From Basidiobolus meristosporus CBS 931.73 (lineage: Eukaryota > Fungi > Basidiobolomycota): DNA of 64,000 bases. The stretch spans positions 11,608 through 75,607 of the forward strand of contig MCFE01000435.1 of the NCBI GenBank assembly GCA_002104905.1, read 5' to 3'. This document shows positions 63,246 through 64,000 of this stretch, in pieces; positions within the stretch are counted from its first letter, which is position 1, and every line of letters starts with the position of its first letter. Below the pieces are notes generated by a model. That model was not told where the DNA came from, ran no database searches, and saw nothing but the letters and a program-made list of their open reading frames with translations. The position numbers and the translations under genes are program-made.

Positions 63246-63760
63246 AGGAAAGTCACCAAGTGGTGAAATCTTTATTTACTTATGACAAGTATCTAAAGAA
63301 GCCAGTTAATCTGAAGTAATTCCTAGAAAGCTAGGTCTGAGAGATATCTTCCTGGTAAGCCAGGTCTGAGAGTTGAGAAGCTGAGTGGTACTATATTTCC
63401 TAGTTAGCTAGGTCTGAGAGTGGTTTCCTGGAAAGCCAGGCCTGAGAAGTGAGAATCTGAATATATCTGAGCTAAGTTATACTGGTTTGCGGTAGCTGAA
63501 TTGTGGCCGGAATGGCCAGTAGACTGGGGGAACTGAGATGTATTTCTGGGCGATCACTGGCCAAATTTACTAGGCAAATCTGGCCAAGTAGCATTTCAAG
63601 GATTTCAGCCAATCAGAGCCTTTACTTTGCCCGATGGTTGATCAAGCCATCTCCCAATGAGCACACATCAATTTATTAATCAAATTTTTGCTGGATCCAG
63701 GATTTGAACCCACAACCATGGGTATGGAAGGGTTAGGGATAACCACAAGGCTAAGTGTTC
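63246..63760 (-). mobile_element. Putative tRNA-derived SINE (about 515 bp) sharing the telomeric LINE 3' end
   Basis: A box TAGCCTTGTGG and B box GGTTCAAATCC at tRNA-like spacing near the 5' end. 3' end AAATAAAGATTTCACC-N4-GGTGACT as in the LINE. No ORF. Confidence 0.75.
63700..63753 (-). promoter_or_regulatory. RNA polymerase III type-2 internal promoter (A and B boxes)
   Basis: A box at 63743-63753 matches TRGCNNAGYGG at 10/11 positions. B box at 63700-63710 is GGTTCAAATCC. Confidence 0.7.
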
Positions 63761-63764
63761 TTGG

Positions 63765-64000
63765 TTAGGGTTAGGGTTAGGGTTAGGGTTAGGGTTAGGG
63801 TTAGGGTTAGGGTTAGGGTTAGGGTTAGGGTTAGGGTTAGGGTTAGGTTAGGGTTAGGGTTAGGGTTAGGGTTAGGGTTAGGGTTAGGGTTAGGGTTAGG
63901 GTTAGGGTTAGGGTTAGGGTTAGGGTTAGGGTTAGGGTTAGGGTTAGGGTTAGGGTTAGGGTTAGGGTTAGGGTTAGGGTTAGGGTTAGGGTTAGGGTTA
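63765..64000 (+). repeat. Telomere (TTAGGG)n, about 39 repeats to the window end
   Basis: Uninterrupted TTAGGG except one TTAGG at 63843-63847. Confidence 0.99.

Noticed and set aside
63319-63460. CRISPR-like array
   Set aside because: Eukaryotic context, only four short irregular units, no spacers of uniform length and no cas genes.
63686-63760. Functional tRNA gene (possible Gly-TCC-like loop CTTCCAT)
   Set aside because: Acceptor and anticodon stems do not pair and the T arm is decayed; it is at most a tRNA-derived head.
63246-63764. Telomerase RNA gene
   Set aside because: It has a CCCUAACCC motif and hairpins, but no pseudoknot or CR4/5-like domain that I can identify. The LINE-type 3' end and junction fit a SINE better.

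Overview
Right-hand chromosome end of a eukaryote, most likely an early-diverging (non-Dikarya) fungus: short introns, a Zwilch homolog, a Zn2Cys6 factor, a CBM19 protein and a (TTAGGG)n telomere at 63765-64000. There are three compartments. (1) 1-26.7 kb is a CpG-depleted, deeply nested transposon island of CCC-terminated CACTA/Tnp2 elements, a DDE_Tnp_4 (PIF/Harbinger/ISL2EU-like) element, and Ty1/copia elements and solo LTRs. (2) 27-52 kb is a CpG-normal gene block: CBM19 mucin-like protein, two tandem aquaglyceroporins, IQM-like protein, Zwilch, FEN1, CAB2, a Zn-cluster TF, an SNX9-like protein and urease. (3) 53-64 kb is a subtelomere. Its last 7.5 kb is a head-to-tail array of APE-RT non-LTR retrotransposon units (two subfamilies) plus a tRNA-derived SINE that shares their 3' end. 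All units point 3' end toward the centromere, and each joins the preceding DNA through an oligo-G run, with or without short or variant TTAGGG tracts. The most notable signal is this apparent telomere-extending LINE/SINE pair, with a conserved 3' stem-loop and an oligo(C) rather than poly(A) tail, alongside telomerase-type repeats. All coordinates and counts were read by eye; family assignments come from motif recognition, not database searches.
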